From: Leucoraja ocellata
Lineage: Eukaryota
Length of the DNA stretch: 64,000 bases
Direction of reading: 5' to 3'
Assembly: GCA_036785375.1 (NCBI GenBank)
Contig: JAWMAR010000603.1
Span: 434,001-498,000 of the forward strand
A program made the translations under genes and the position numbers. This document shows positions 40,265 to 54,400 of the stretch, piece after piece (position 1 is the stretch's first letter; the number at the start of each line of letters is the position of its first letter). The notes under the pieces are model-generated. The model had not been told where the DNA came from and searched no databases. It saw only the letters and a program-made list of their open reading frames with translations.

Positions 40265-40710
40265 CCCATTGAAAACATCCATGAGGCTTTGCCTCAAGAA
40301 GGTGGCAACTAACATCAAGGATGTCCACCATCTGGGCCATGCACCATTCTTGCTGCTACGATCGGGCAGGAGGTACAGAGGATTGAAGTCCCACACCATC
40401 AGATTCAATATCATCTACTTTCCTACAACTGTACTTTCCTATATCTATTCCTGCCTCAAGAACTGAGCACTACAATCCAGTTCATGCACTTATATACTTA
40501 TTTTTGTCAAGAGTGTTTTGCACAAATGTCTTGCTTTTATGCACATTTGTCTTTCTTTCTAAAATTTTACATGAAATTTAAATTAAAATTGTGCTTTTGT
40601 GTTTGTCTGAGTCTATGTACTTGCGATGTTATCACAAGCAAGCAAGATTTGTATTGTAATTGAACCTCACCATACTTGTGCATGTGACAAGAAACGCGGC
40701 TTGACTTGAT
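40265..40710 (+). mobile_element. Rex1/Babar-type 3' fragment
   Basis: ORF CLKKVATNIKDVHHLGHAPFLLLRSGRRYRGLKSHTIRF, ending in gtgacaag...cttgacttga. Confidence 0.7.
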
Positions 40711-41589
40711 CAATAAGGTCGTAATAACCCCTAGAGTACTCATGAATTTTATATCAGAGAGAAAGTAAGCTTCTTAAAATTGCCAAAGTAGTACTAATTA
40801 TACCACCAAATATCAACTTTGGTAGCTAAATTGCTACACAAAGTAAAGTTACAGTTCAATAGTTGCCTACGGCGATCCTCCAGTGTTGCCATTTATACAT
40901 TTATGATCCCACTAGCTCCTTGTCTTCCCTAAAAGGTTATATTACAGTAAATTTGGGAAATATCCTGCTACTTTGAAATTAAGAAACCATAGGTAGAGAG
41001 AAAAAAACATCAAATTTCCAGCTCCACTGCCATTAAAACCAATAAGAGCTTATTAAACACTTTAATGGCAATGCCTTTTTTAAGTATAGAAAAAATATGA
41101 ATATCTGAATAAATTAAGTCATTCACCCATCATTCACCCCTCTAGTTTAATTCACCCCCAAAAAATGTAATTCGCCCTTGGGTGAACCATTCACCAGTTA
41201 AAGAAGCACTGGTCTAGGTGTGCACTGGTACAATATACCAATGTTCAATCTAATTCACCACTAGTGCAATTCAAAATGCACCTTTTCAACCAGGCTTCTG
41301 GTTCGATGCCTCACATCTCTCTCAACTCAAAATGTATTCCCTCACCCCAGGCTACAAATGATTGCCTTTGAAAACATGTGTTAAGTATGCTCTATCAACA
41401 CCAACTTCAAGGTGTTATACATGCCAGAAGTTAAAAAAAACATGCTGAAATTTCAATTAGAGTCAACTGTCCTTAATTATCCAACTATTGAACATAATGA
41501 GTTTTAGCTGGATTTTATACTGCCAGATCATATAGGTTAACATTTGAAAAACATGAAGCAGCTCATGAATGCACTTAACATCACTTCAG

Positions 41590-42312
41590 GTTGTTAGTAT
41601 GGGCAGATGGATATGTACAAATGAGAATACGACTGTCAAGTTGCCGACAGTCGCCTGGAAAAACCAGCAACTGGAACAGCGACTGTCAGAGTGGAACACA
41701 CACAAACACATCGCTTCTTTCACCAGCCTGTTATGCAGGCGGGGAACAGGGCAAGCAGGGCAGCGCTGTCTAAAAAATTCTCACGGTGAAAAGCCAAGGT
41801 GATACAGACACACACCGCGATGAACAGGAAGATTGGCACTGTAATTAAGACAGCAAAACCACAGTGTACCGTAAGTCCTTAAAAAGAGTGGGGGAGAGGG
41901 GAGAAGGAATGGAGACAACTTTTAAGAAGCCAGAGATAAACTGTGAAGTTCGGGAGACATTTAACATTACCGGTTGGTTCCTTGGTTCTGAAAACTACTG
42001 CTTAACTTTTTTTCTCCCCAATGTGCCAATTAATTTTTCCGGTCAGCACCGGCTCCTACCTGCGATAATCTCCGAGAACTTTCGACCTCCTGGCACGTGA
42101 ATCCTCGCTACTCTTCATGGCGGCTTAATTCTAGTCACCATTAATTTTTCAACATGTTGAAAAATTTGCCGCTACCATAATGAGGCTGCGACCAGTTCCC
42201 AGAATGCGGGAACACTTCGCGACCATGAAGGCGACTCCCCGGCAACTACCCGCGAACATGTGGGGCTTCGGAGGCTTCGGCCGCAGGCCCTGTGGACGGT
42301 AAAATCGGGAGC
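41590..42312. mobile_element. Internal fragment of a related non-autonomous DNA transposon
   Basis: CpG-richer block sharing the ttttcaacatgttgaaaa palindrome and gtcgcc/gcgacc motifs with the 16497 MITE. TIRs not seen. Confidence 0.5.
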
Positions 42313-42315
42313 TCC

Positions 42316-42822
42316 CACTTTACTATCATCTGCAAACTTGCTAGCCATGCCTTCTACCCTCTCATTCAAATCATTGATATAAACCACAAACTGTAATGGG
42401 CCCAGCACTGATCTTTGTGGCACAGCACCAATCACAGACCTTCATTCCGAAAAACAACCTTCCAACATCACCCTACATGAAGCCAATTCTATATCTAGTT
42501 AGCTAGCTCTTCCTGGATCCCATGCGATCCAACCTTCCAGAGCAGCCTACCATGCGGAACCTTATTAAATGCATTGCTGAAATGCACATAGACAACATCT
42601 ACAAATTTGCCCTCATCAACCTTTTTGATTACTTCTTCAAAAATCTCAATCAGATCTGAGACACACGATCTCCCACATACAACTCAGCTTGACTATCCCT
42701 AATCATCCTGTCTATCCAAATGCAATATATTTTAATATTTAGTCTATATTCCCCAGGCTTTTCCTTGCAGCCCTTTTAAAATAGAGGCACAACATTAGCC
42801 ACTTTAAAACTCTTCCGGCACC
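42316..42822 (-). mobile_element. CR1 RT fragment
   Basis: ORF 42172..42435: VPQRSVLGPLQFVVYINDLNERVEGMASKFADDSKVG. Confidence 0.85.
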
Positions 42823-43165
42823 TCCTTCTTCTCGGAGAAAGCTCAAACCATCATTGGTTCGTCAGGGCTGACATGTTTTAATCTCAACTTTGTTCAATTT
42901 TTTTAATTTTTTTTTAAAAAGGGGTTTAAAGACCAATTTCTTGTGATGGATAAGTAAACAAGCCCAAAGTTATTTAGATATTAGATTTCAGAATTCCCTT
43001 CCTGAGAATTGATGAAGAATACAAAAAATATAGCTACTACCGCCTCTTTATACCCCTCAAGCAAGATCCCAGCAAAAAAAAAATGCATTTATCAGTTCAA
43101 GAACATCCGAATTACAATCACAGTACAACATTGCCAAACATTTTAGAATATCTGGTCTGCCTCAC

Positions 43166-43236
43166 CAGTGAATGAAGAGAGTTTTCATAACTCGGAGATG
43201 ATGGAGTTCCTCCTGGTCTTGACCACTGATTAGCAC
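43166..43236 (-). CDS. TCF12: TCF12 coding exon, (G)[23 protein letters not shown]
   Basis: Matches [26 protein letters not shown]. Acceptor acacag, donor gtgagg, 71 nt, phase 1 to 0. Confidence 0.96.
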
Positions 43237-43505
43237 CTGTGTAAATTAAGACCCAAAGTAAGCCATAAACTTAATATGCAGTTGAGCGAATCAGATACAA
43301 CAAATAAAAGTTTTTAGCATCCTTACCTAGTTTGGCCTACACAGGCCAATGTTGTTTACTCTAAAATGGCCTCGGAACTGGAGTTTCAAACAACTTGCAA
43401 TAGGAACAATATTTTGAAACTGAGAAAGAAGAAAAACACCTAGACAACTACCCATCAATGCACGCACCAAACTGTAAAGTTACACCAGCCCAGTTGAACT
43501 TGAAC

Positions 43506-43600
43506 AGTCTGAAGAAGGGTTTTGGCCCGAAACGTTGCCTATTTCCTTCGCTCCATAGATGCTGCCGCACCCGCTGAGTTTCTCCAGCACTTTTGTCTAC
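43506..43600 (+). mobile_element. Penelope terminal-repeat-derived short element with intact hammerhead-like core
   Basis: agtCTGAAGAagggttttggcccGAAAcgtt... TSD cttgaac at 43499-43505 and 43601-43607. Confidence 0.88.
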
Positions 43601-44964
43601 CTTGAACTTACAAAGTCCTCTTTGTAAATATCTGCAGTCCACTGACTACATTGGTAGAGCTTTAGCACAAACTAATCAAGCAAAAGACAGATATGGCTGT
43701 ACTCACAAAATCATACCACTCAATGTCTATTACAATTCCTAGGTTTGTCCTGTCCCATCAGCAGGACAGGCCCACAGTAAAAAACAAGCAGGATGCAGAA
43801 GCTCTGGAAATGCTCAGCATTGATTAGACCCCCATAAAGCTCCATGGATTCAGGTCAAATATGAACAAGGAAATCACCTCCCTCAGTTGATGAATCAGTG
43901 TTCTCCACATGGAAGAACATTTAAAATAAATAACAGAATATCAATGTCACAGGTTGTACCCTGGGTGGGGGACTTCAAGAACGACTTGGTTGCACCTCCA
44001 CTAACAATCAACCAAAGACTGAAAAATGGAGCTGCCAGACCAGCTCGGTGGCAGTTGGTGAGTGAACCAATGGAAGGATGCTTCTTGCCCATCTACCTGT
44101 GAGACGCATCTGTCCAAGAAATGGGTCTGCACAGCCTTGGTGGAGACAAAGACCCAGCTTAAGTGCATGGACACACTCTATTGTGTTGTGTGAACACTGT
44201 AATTGTGTTAAATACAGACTCAAAACAGATTTGCCCATTCACAACTGAGTATCTTTGTTGTAATATGTACCTGAGCAGCATCAGAAATACTCATCACAAC
44301 TGAATTGCCCACAATATCACTCACTCTCCCACTCCCACCAAGCCTGGGGCTGCCATTGATTCAAATAGAAATGCAGAAAGTTAAAAATAATGATCAAACC
44401 TAAAGAAGGCGACAATGTGAAGCTGCAACACGGGACAGCTAAACAAAGAGTATGAAATAAGAGGTAAGCAACCGACAGATCAGATATGCAATTGTCACAT
44501 ATACACGCAGTCCTACATGAATTGTGATGGAGAATTAAACAGAAATGGTGGCTTCAAGAAAATTCCAATCCCCAATGACAGCAGGGCCTACCTAATGATT
44601 GCTAAAAAGACTGATGCATTCTCACCAATGCAGAAATGGGTGATTTATTTCAAGTTCTGCCAGAGGTCCTTATCATCACAGAAGCCAGCCTATGCAATTG
44701 GACATAGCAAAAGTAATGGAACCACATGGATTCCTGTTGAGCAAGGGGTGAGAGGATACAACAGATAGATGGGAATGCAGAGCGGTTCATGATCAGATCA
44801 AAGTCGTGTTGAATGATGCAGGCTCAAAGGGCTGAGAGGTTAACTCCTTTTGATTAATTTGATGTTCAATAGGTAAATTCATTAATTTTGTAAACCATAA
44901 ACACACATAGAACTAATTAAGCCTTCAGCTCCAATGACTATCTTAAAAATTACAAAAATAGTCA

Positions 44965-45084
<120 letters not shown>

Positions 45085-47484
45085 TCAAAATTGCCCTTTA
45101 TTTTTGTTATTACTTTGAAATGATGATTGGAGTAATTATCTCCATAACTCTTGCTGGCATAACTTCCAAGAAGCTAAAATACTCAAGGGATTCCGCCTAT
45201 TTAATATTCTAAAATCTATTTGCTAAAGAGCCATTAATCACAAAATATCCAGTCTTTTAATCTTTCCAATTCAGGTTGCATTTGAAGGATACCAAAGTTG
45301 AATCCTTGCAACATAATCCTACATTTATCTGGGCTTTTACCACCAATTCCTCTGTATACATTGAAAAATTTAGTTCTAAACACATGCATGAAACATATTA
45401 ATATTTGACATAATTGGAGCTCACATACCACAGTATAGAGACTATTTTGTGTATATGGTTAAAGCACATTGCACGAAGTAAGCATTGTTGGCAAACATAA
45501 TTCTTGTCAAACATAAATCAGTGCATTTCCAGCACAGAAATATACTTAGCGGTTTTCAGCAGATCGCCAGTTTACATTTGGGAGTAACAATAAATGGATG
45601 TCTGACATCCACTCCCTCAAGGTCAACGAGTTGGAAAATAAATTAAGTTTACAAAAATGTTAAAGATGGAAGATATATTTAAGGATAACATTGCAATATC
45701 TAACAGAAGTACAGGTTTTTATTTGTTACTAAAATGTCATATACAATTAACATTCATTGTTACGAGTGAAGGTGGAAAGAGAATTGCGCAAGCTATAATT
45801 ATCTTCAGCAAATTCCCATCACTTGCTCAGTCACTTTGATTACATGATCCTCTCTATTCTGCTCTATGCAGATTTAATTCCAGAATACAATGTTTCTTTT
45901 GACCAAGGGCAAGGGATCCCAATGGCAAAGAAAAACAAGACAACAGCAAAGAGAAAAATGTAAAAATAAATAATTGTTTCATTTTATTTTAAAAGATAAT
46001 TACACATAATTTTACAGTAAAAAGCAATATGATATTGCCAACTAAATATCTGCTTAGGCTCAAGGTTACACCCAAGTAAAACAGAGATAGCAATGGGAGA
46101 CTAAAAACCACAATGCTCAAGTGACCACATCAAATAACTCCAGAGATTCTAGGCAATTGCCTTGGAGAAAGCCCGAAGAGAAATTACATTCAAACACAAA
46201 GGATCAAAGATACCACCATATGTTGCAACTTTATTTTTTCCCATCTCAGTAAACTTCCTGCATTTCTTTTCAAAATTATGATGAGCAAAGGATTTTTATA
46301 AGGAATCTATGAACTTCTCAATTAACCTTAATATCTCCTACAGCAGTTAACTTTCCAGGTCCATTTTACAAAATTGTTTTCTAGATGTATTTTATTCCAG
46401 AAGAAAACAGGAATCTCAGTCAATCTGCAAGACCACCAATTGAAAGCTAAGTGCATGAGTCATTCAGGTGCATACCACTGCAACATTTTATTTTCATCTA
46501 CATAGCTCACTTGTTTCTCAGTCAACCAAAGGTAACAGACAGGTTCCACCAAGATGCAGGACAGAACACCACAGGAGATCCTTCTTCCCTGTGGCTATCA
46601 AACTGTACAATTCCTCCCCCTTCTGTAGTGGGGTAGACTGAGACTGACACCCCCCCCCCCCCCACCAAAAAAAAGAATAAAAGGTATTTTATTGGCACAA
46701 GTACCAATAAAGGTACAGTGTAATACGATTTAAACCTCAAATTATGACAGTTCTGCCTTCTTAACTGGTCATCAACTAGGCACAGCATGGAAGATGTCAT
46801 TAGTCAAACAAATCATGTAGCATTCTTGGTCAGAAAGATTGTGCAGATTACTTGCTTAAGCACCTCATTGTCATTATGTAATTTTAAACTTTTTCTCCCA
46901 TTCCTTCATTGTGAATTTTTAGCTGGTCGATCACTCACAGAAATGAGCTATAATATCTTGCAGCTTCTGCACTTGCTTTACAAGGTAAACAAGCAAACTG
47001 GAAAAAAAGGCAAATTTTCCCAGGGAAGCTAATGGAAATGGAATTAACACTAACTTCAAGTAAACCGTTTTTATTCCTCAAGAAGCCATGGACTATCTCA
47101 GGCTTACAATAAATTGTAAATGTATTGCAATTTACTAAACACTGACCAGGTGAAAATAATAGATTTATTTTGCAAAGGTAAATGTATAACTAGCTTGTGA
47201 CATTAAAAACAAAGTTCCTGGCTGCACCTTAAATTGATACCTCAGAAATACTGCTGCTGTATCAAAGTTATAAAATTAGTATGTTTGGAAAATACTGGCC
47301 ACTGCACATTGAAAACAAAATCAAACATTCATGATGTGGAATGAGAGACCAAGTATCCTTTTCAAAATCCTTACTGAGTATAAATTAATAACACTGCCAA
47401 CAGATCAGGTAACAAAGTTCATTTTTTGTTAGAGTGCTTACAAAACAAAATGCAATCAATTATACTTGATTTTTTAAAATCATG

Positions 47485-48205
47485 ATTGTTCCATACACCC
47501 ACCACCCTTTGTGTGAAAAAGTTACCCCTCGGATTCCTATTAAACCTTTTCCCCTTCACCTTGAACCTATGTCCTCTGGTCATCGATTCCCCTACTCTGG
47601 GCAAGAGACTCTGTGCATCTGATCTGTGAATTCCTCTCATGATTTTGTACATATCTATAAGATCACCCCTCATCCTCCTGCACTCCAAGGAACAGAGACC
47701 CAGCCTACTGAACCTCTCCCTATACCTCACATCCTCTAGTCCTGGCGACAACCCCATAAATCTTTTCTGAACTCTTTCAAGCTCGACAATATCTTTCCTA
47801 TAACATGGCGCCCAGAACTGAACACAGTATTCTAAAGGTAGACAAAATGCTGTAGTAACTCAGTGAGTCAGCCAGCATCTCTGGAGAGAAGGAATGGGTA
47901 ACGTTTCGGGTCGAGACCCCTCTCCAGATATTCACAATATTCTAAATACGGACTCACCAACATCTTATACAACTGCAACATGACTTCCCGATGTCTATAC
48001 TCAATACTATGACTGATGAAGGTCAATGGCCCATATTCCCCCAAACATTCATGTTCATGTACCTATCCAAGTGTTGTAATTGTACCTGCCTTCATTACCT
48101 CATTCTACATAGCCGACAACCTGTGAAACAATTGACCCTCAGGTCCCTTTTAAATCTTTCACTTTCACCTTAAAAATGCACCCCCTAATTTTAGACTTTC
48201 CTGCC
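47485..48205 (-). mobile_element. CR1 3' fragments with a nested Penelope-type short element
   Basis: ORF 47419..47757: RLGLCSLECRRMRGDLI...TRGHRFKV...FFTQRVVGVWN. Confidence 0.85.
47837..47932 (-). mobile_element. Penelope terminal-repeat-derived short element nested in a CR1
   Basis: Family sequence. TSD caca(g/a)tattctaaa at 47823-47836 and 47933-47946. Confidence 0.85.
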
Positions 48206-51200
48206 TTGTCCCCATTTTATATTATAATTCTGATTCAGAAATGGTGATTAAACTACTGAGTTACTCCAGCACTTTGTCTCCATCTTTGATATAAACCAGC
48301 ATCGGCTGCTCTTTGTTTCTACACAAAGATGAGAGTCTGCCATGCAAGTGATCTCCGTCTCCAATACACGTCATACCCAGTCTGGGCATCTCGAATAACT
48401 GTAAATGGCTGCAAAGTTGTTTCCACAAATTCCTCCAAATCCACTGGCAGAGTTAGTCAACCACAACCAGCTTCCTTCCTATATCTCATGTAGAAAATGC
48501 AACAGCCTTGAAGACTTCATTGAATCTCATGGCCGTGATAGCTCATGATGAAAATCAGCATACGGAAAATCAGCATTAATGATTGGAAAAAAATGTACCA
48601 CAAAGCACCCACCTGCCCTATTAACACTATTAACTACTAACCCACTTGTGGCAGAGTGACAGTTCCAACATCGGCCTCAGCCACCTTCAAATCCAGACAA
48701 ATGGACCAGAAACAAGTTGTCCTCATTACCAAGAATATCAAATGAAAATGTGAACCACACTAATTTGGTTGAATAAATCCACAATAAGCTATGAGAATGG
48801 AGTTCAATACTTTCTCTTCATCATTGGAGTAATGTGCTTTGCTTTCTTCCTTATACCGAGGACTTGGTCTTACATGAAACGCTGTAGCTTGAATTATACC
48901 AAAACAAATTCCTCAACAAAAATGGCCTGGTCTCAATAAATCATTAAGGATTCCAAATGCTTATGTGCCACAATACAACGTAGAGGGAAGGGGGGTGAGG
49001 AATACCTGACCAAAGTACAGAAACATGTCAAGAACAAATTTTAAAAGCCGACACACAACATAAATTTTTATATCAATGGAAACTTCAAAAATTAACTCAA
49101 ATAATACACTCCAATAGATAAACTAAAAATATTCATCAGAACACATTATTTCTTTAGCTAGCAAAAATATTATCAGTAATGATTCTGCCACAGGAGAATT
49201 AAAATATTAGTGCACAATTTGGAAGGAATGATGATATCTGTCCAATGGTCTGTCTGAAACCCATTATTGGTGTTTACATGTACTGATATTATTTAATTTT
49301 TACAGAACATAATGTAAATGCTGATTTTATTGAAATGATAACTGAATTTGAGCATTATTATATTGGATTAATAAATAAACATAGAACATGGTATCCAAAG
49401 CACCAAGGCTATTAAACATAATTAAGAACAGAAACAGACTTGCCAGCTCTTTGAAACTGTTGTGCCATTCATCAAGACTACAAAACCTCCACCTCAGTGC
49501 CATTTTCTTGCATTATCCTTACAAGCCTCAAATAATTTCATTTCCAGAAAACTATCAACCTCTTTTATGAAGGCAATCAACAACAGAACCTCTAAGACTC
49601 TGTGGTACAGAACTCCACATTCTCACCACCTAAGTTTTGGTCAAATTTCTCTTCATTTTAGTTGTAAGAAACCTTTAAATACAATCTACTTTAGAACCAT
49701 CATTGTTACATGAAGATGCCATACGTGAAAAACGTGAAAAACTCTTTTGTTAAGAATCCAAGTATTTTGATTTAGCACTGAATGTTGAAATAAAACAGAT
49801 GTTTTTGAATGATTCAGTGCAATATTGTGGGCAAAACTTGAAAGAAAAACTTCTTGGCAAATGTTCAGGAAAATACATGAGAAATTTTAATCTGGGGTTT
49901 GACTATAATCTACAGAATTTGACTGCTTTCCAAAAATGTTTTACACAAAACTGTTTTTAGCTTATAAAATATATTGTGTTTCTTGCTGAATGGTGATTGT
50001 CCACTGGAATATTTTTGCTATCAGGGATTCCTCTTCAATAGATAGCATCAAGGTATAAAAATAGAAATTTCTGGAAATATTCGGGTCAGACTGTATCCAC
50101 AGATGGATGAAAAAAGCTAATGCTCTTAGTCAACCATTTATCATCAGGATTAAAAAAAATTAGTAACAAAATATTTGTTGCACAGAAAGGGTCGAAGGGA
50201 AAAGAGAACAACAGGCAAGCCACTGAGACAAAGAGATCACGGGAGGTTCAGTAAATCAAGTGGTGGCGATGGTGCTGGCTAAAAGGTGGTAGAGGTTCCT
50301 AAATAACAAAATGGTGTATCTGCGGAACGTGCAAATCGGAGATGACAATATTATCGGGAAAGAAAAATTAAACACTGGAAATATGCACTACCAGTCTGGA
50401 ATGGCTGATTTTCTAAAATGGTTGAATTTCTAATATGGAATCAAGGAAACTATTGCATGACAAATTGGAAGATAACATACTGATTCTCAAGCCTGCATTG
50501 AACAGGAGGTCAAAGGGCCAAATTTTGCATGTCCTGCTGTTGTACAAGGCAATGACATGCAACTGGATGAATGTATGTGTGGACGTGGATCCAAAGCATC
50601 TGGGGGGGGCGGGGAATTTATCCTGTTGGAATGCTTAAGGGAAGCGGAGGAGAACCCAAAACCTTGATCTGGGTGAGAGAAGAGGGGATGAGAGCTGGTC
50701 TCATTAACTAGTGGAGGGCAAAATCATACTTAACGATGATAGTCTCAGCAGGACCTTGCCCTCATTTCATTTGGAGATCTATCAGGCACAACACACCTCC
50801 TTTACCTCCTCCATAAAGATCCAAAAGGATAATTAGTCAGTTAAAATCATGCAGCGTGGAAACAGACTTTTAAGCTTTCTGAGGTCCCTCTAAAGCCTTT
50901 ATTAACTTCATTCACCGAGTTTAGAATATGAAATATGATATTAGTTCTGCCGGCGAAAATGTTGATAAAGAATGTGAATAGCCAAGACACTCCTTGCTAT
51001 CCCACCAGGCACTGACTGCCAACCCAAAAGGATTTGCTTATTCCTAATCTTTGCTTTGTTTCGATAACTATTTCTTGATCCATGGTAATTCCAGGGTGGC
51101 AGATTATGGAAGAGGAGGTTAGACGTCAATCTGAATTAAAGTTCAAAGGTAAAGCAGACAGAAGATAAGGTACGACAGAAGTGGGTGATGTGAAGTGGAA

Positions 51201-51549
51201 ATAGGTAGACTTAGTGATACATGGTTCAAAATATAGATCTCTCAAAAATAGCACCAGCGTTGCACAATCTGATTCTATTTTGGACATTGAAAGGAAAGAG
51301 GTGAAGGAACAACATTTACTAAAGATACATAACTTTGGTTTTGCTGATATTCATTTGGAAAACTCTGGAGTTATCAGCATAGATTGAGGAAAAGGGTGTG
51401 CGTTTTTGGCTGTTGCTATGGGAGGTAAGATGGGAGCTTGCAGATCACAACGTAAGGCGTGTGCACAGGCCCCAAGGATATAGCATAAGTAACAATGTGA
51501 TCAGAGAAGTGCTGGTCATTCTCTGACAATTGCATTGTAAAATAATAAA

Positions 51550-52055
51550 TGTTTTTTCCCCCGACAGAATAGCCAGAGTAGCCACAGGAAGTTCCTGGCG
51601 AGCGCCGTGGTGCCGCAAGAGTGGATCCGGCAGCTGGCCAAGAACAAAGACCCGGGCCTGGTTTCCGTTGCAAAGACAGGCCCGGCAGACCACTGCCTGC
51701 AGGGGGAAGCTCAGCAGCTCGGAAGACCAGACAGTCAAGAAGGAGCCATTGGCAGTGACAGAGGCGAGGAGTGGGCTAGTAGGAGAGGGACCAGGGCATT
51801 GCCTACAAGGTTGGCTGCTGGAGGCGTCCCCCTGGACAGAGGCAAACAGGCGAGGACCTGGCAGGACCTGCAGCTGCCGAGATAGTACTAGAAATCCTGT
51901 CAGGTGTGCTCCAGTACTTCCAACAAGTGGACTGGACTTTGGACTGTTTCTTTTTCCTTTGCAAACCACGTCAAAATATGACGACTGTGCATTTGTGAGT
52001 TGTGCAAAAGAATTTCACTGTGCTGACCAGACGTGACAATGAAGAACCATTGAAT
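51550..52055 (+). repeat. GC-rich unclassified repeat with Rex-like 3' end
   Basis: GC-rich block ending in gaatttcactgtgc...gtgacaatgaagaaccattga. Confidence 0.5.
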
Positions 52056-53079
52056 GATTACCAAAGCAACATTCAAAAATATTAAAATCAAGATGATAAA
52101 TGGGTTGAACATTCCTCAACTGATTTATAAATATACCACCTTTAGTTTCCATATGAGATAGTTGCTTTAATTGCATAAATTGTAATACATTGTGAATTTT
52201 TCGCAAATACTTAAGCCAAATATGTTGTATCAGTGTCTTACTGTAATAAACAACATTTTAATGAACATTTCTTTCTGCAGAAAGATATTGCAATATGCGT
52301 GTACTTGCATCATATCCTGGAATTCACAGGAAATCATTAATTTAAAATTTCCAGCATTGCCTATTGTATGAGAAACATCCGGTAATAAGTTAAAGGCTGT
52401 AACCTGATCTTCTGGTGCAAATGAAGATTAGCTTCCAGCCTTCTATCTCACTGGCATGATGCCTTGAGTTATGGATTATTCCTTCCATCAAATTACTTAT
52501 AGTTATTGGAAAATGTATCAACGCCAAGTTCAAACTAAAAATCCATTTACCTACATGGCTAAGTAGCCAATCACAAATTCTCAATGAACAGCAAACAAAG
52601 GTTTAAAAGGCACAATGTAACATTTCCATACTTTACAAAATAGACACGATTAAAGCACAGAATCTCTTTTAAAGCTCATTTTGACACTGCCCATCAAATT
52701 TTAAGCTTTTTGCGGTGTACAATTAAACTCAATTGTTAATACTAGAAATCTTCATCTACTCCCTTGATTAGAAAGAAGGCTGCCAACAATGCAAAGGATC
52801 AAATCATTGTGAGCAACTTCAGATTTCACCACTAATTCACTTGGTTGACAATCCCAAGGTTGCTTATATATTATAGTGTCATGACAAAAATGACGATAGT
52901 TTTATCATTACAACAGCAAAGTCCCGGCTACTGCCTAATTTTTTTTGTTCAAAAGTTCACAAGGGAATTACATTAGATTAATCAGATCCACAAAACTGGC
53001 TTGGAAGCAAGTTATCATTTATCCTAAAGGTTTCGAAACAAAAATGATATAATATGAACAATCACAGTCATCTTTCATT

Positions 53080-53735
53080 AAAGGACAAAGGACAAAGGAC
53101 ATTTATTGTCACATACACCATTTCTAGTGAAATTTGAGTTGCCATTTGCAGCACACCAATAAAAGTAAGACACCACATTAAAAAAAGAACATAAAGTCCA
53201 GTCCTCTTCCCCTTCGTTCACCCATGGCCGGGCCTATTGAGGCCTCCGCAGTCGCTGCAATGGCGGACCGATGTTCAGGCCCTCTCGCCGGATGATGGGG
53301 TTTCAGCCTCGGGAGAGCACTCTTCAGCGGCTTGGAGCGTCTGGAACGGCCGCTTGCTGCCAGAGAACGTGGCTCCCAAAGTCCACAGGGCACGCTGGTC
53401 GGAGCTCCGACACTGTCGATCTCGGCGAGAGATCCCAGGCTCCGCGGTGTTCAGAGTCAGCGCCGCCGCGACTGGAAGCTCCACAACAACAGCTCCGCGA
53501 TGTTGGGAGTCGGCGGTCTCAGCACTCCGGAGCCCACCGCACGGCGACTCGGGCAAGGCATCGCCCACTCCGCGATGGCGCCCCAGCGCTGTGCCGCCGC
53601 CGAAGTCGAAATTCTAGCCGGCCCCGGCAGGAAATGCCGCTCCAGTCCCGGTGGTAGGCCGCGAGGAAGGGGCGAAGATACGGCCCAGAGAAAAGCCGCA
53701 TCTCCGACCAGGTAGGGACTGAAAAAAATAGTTTT
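53080..53735 (-). repeat. GC/CpG-rich non-LTR-type repeat, unclassified, with (AAAGGAC)3 tail
   Basis: Sharp GC-rich block in an AT-rich intron; tail aaaggacaaaggacaaaggac-atttattgtcac resembles the Rex-type 3' end at about 10750. Confidence 0.6.
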
Positions 53736-54099
53736 CAAAGGGCCCATTTCACACTGTACAACCATGAACTGTTATTATATCATTCATCATGATGATGAAT
53801 TGCAATTTTATATGTTTTTTAAAACAACAGACCCACCCTCCAAATTAATTAATCTAAAATATTAAGGTGGAAATTAGGTGGAAATGCGCAAATCATCAAA
53901 CATACAAAGGGATTGCCTGTAAAGACGGTTGTGATTATAAACTCAGTAGAAAAAACTTGGGATTGGAAATCAACCTGCAATGCAAATAACCCCCCTGAAA
54001 TGTACAAATCTGTCTGAGACTAAATTGAAAAATTGCATCCTAGCATCCTAATTCACAAAGCCAACCTTATAAATTGGCTTTCTTACATTGGTAGATTAG

Positions 54100-54400
54100 T
54101 TAGAGTTATACAGCACAGAGGTATGCGCGAGTGTGATCGAGTATCCATTTACACTATCCTAAGCCCATTTTATTCTCCCCACATTCCAAGTTCCAATCAC
54201 TCACCTTCACATTCTGGGTAATTTATAGTAGCCAATTAGCCTGCCAATGCATTTGCCTTTAGGATGTAGCAGGAAACCATCGCACTCTGGAAACCAATGC
54301 CATCACAAAGAGAAAACTTCATACATACAGCAATGGAGGTCAGAAATGTACTGAGGTCACTGGAGCTGTGGGGCAGGGGGTTTACCAGGCACTGCACCCC
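54100..54400 (-). mobile_element. V-SINE/HE1-like SINE with CR1-like tail, degenerate
   Basis: aatttatagtagccaattagcctgcc...ggaaacc...tcactggagctgtggggcag. Confidence 0.6.

Noticed and set aside
51416-53765. Clusters of 85-174 aa ORFs in two GC-rich blocks
   Set aside because: They fall in repeat-like GC-rich insertions, with no splice context or protein motif.
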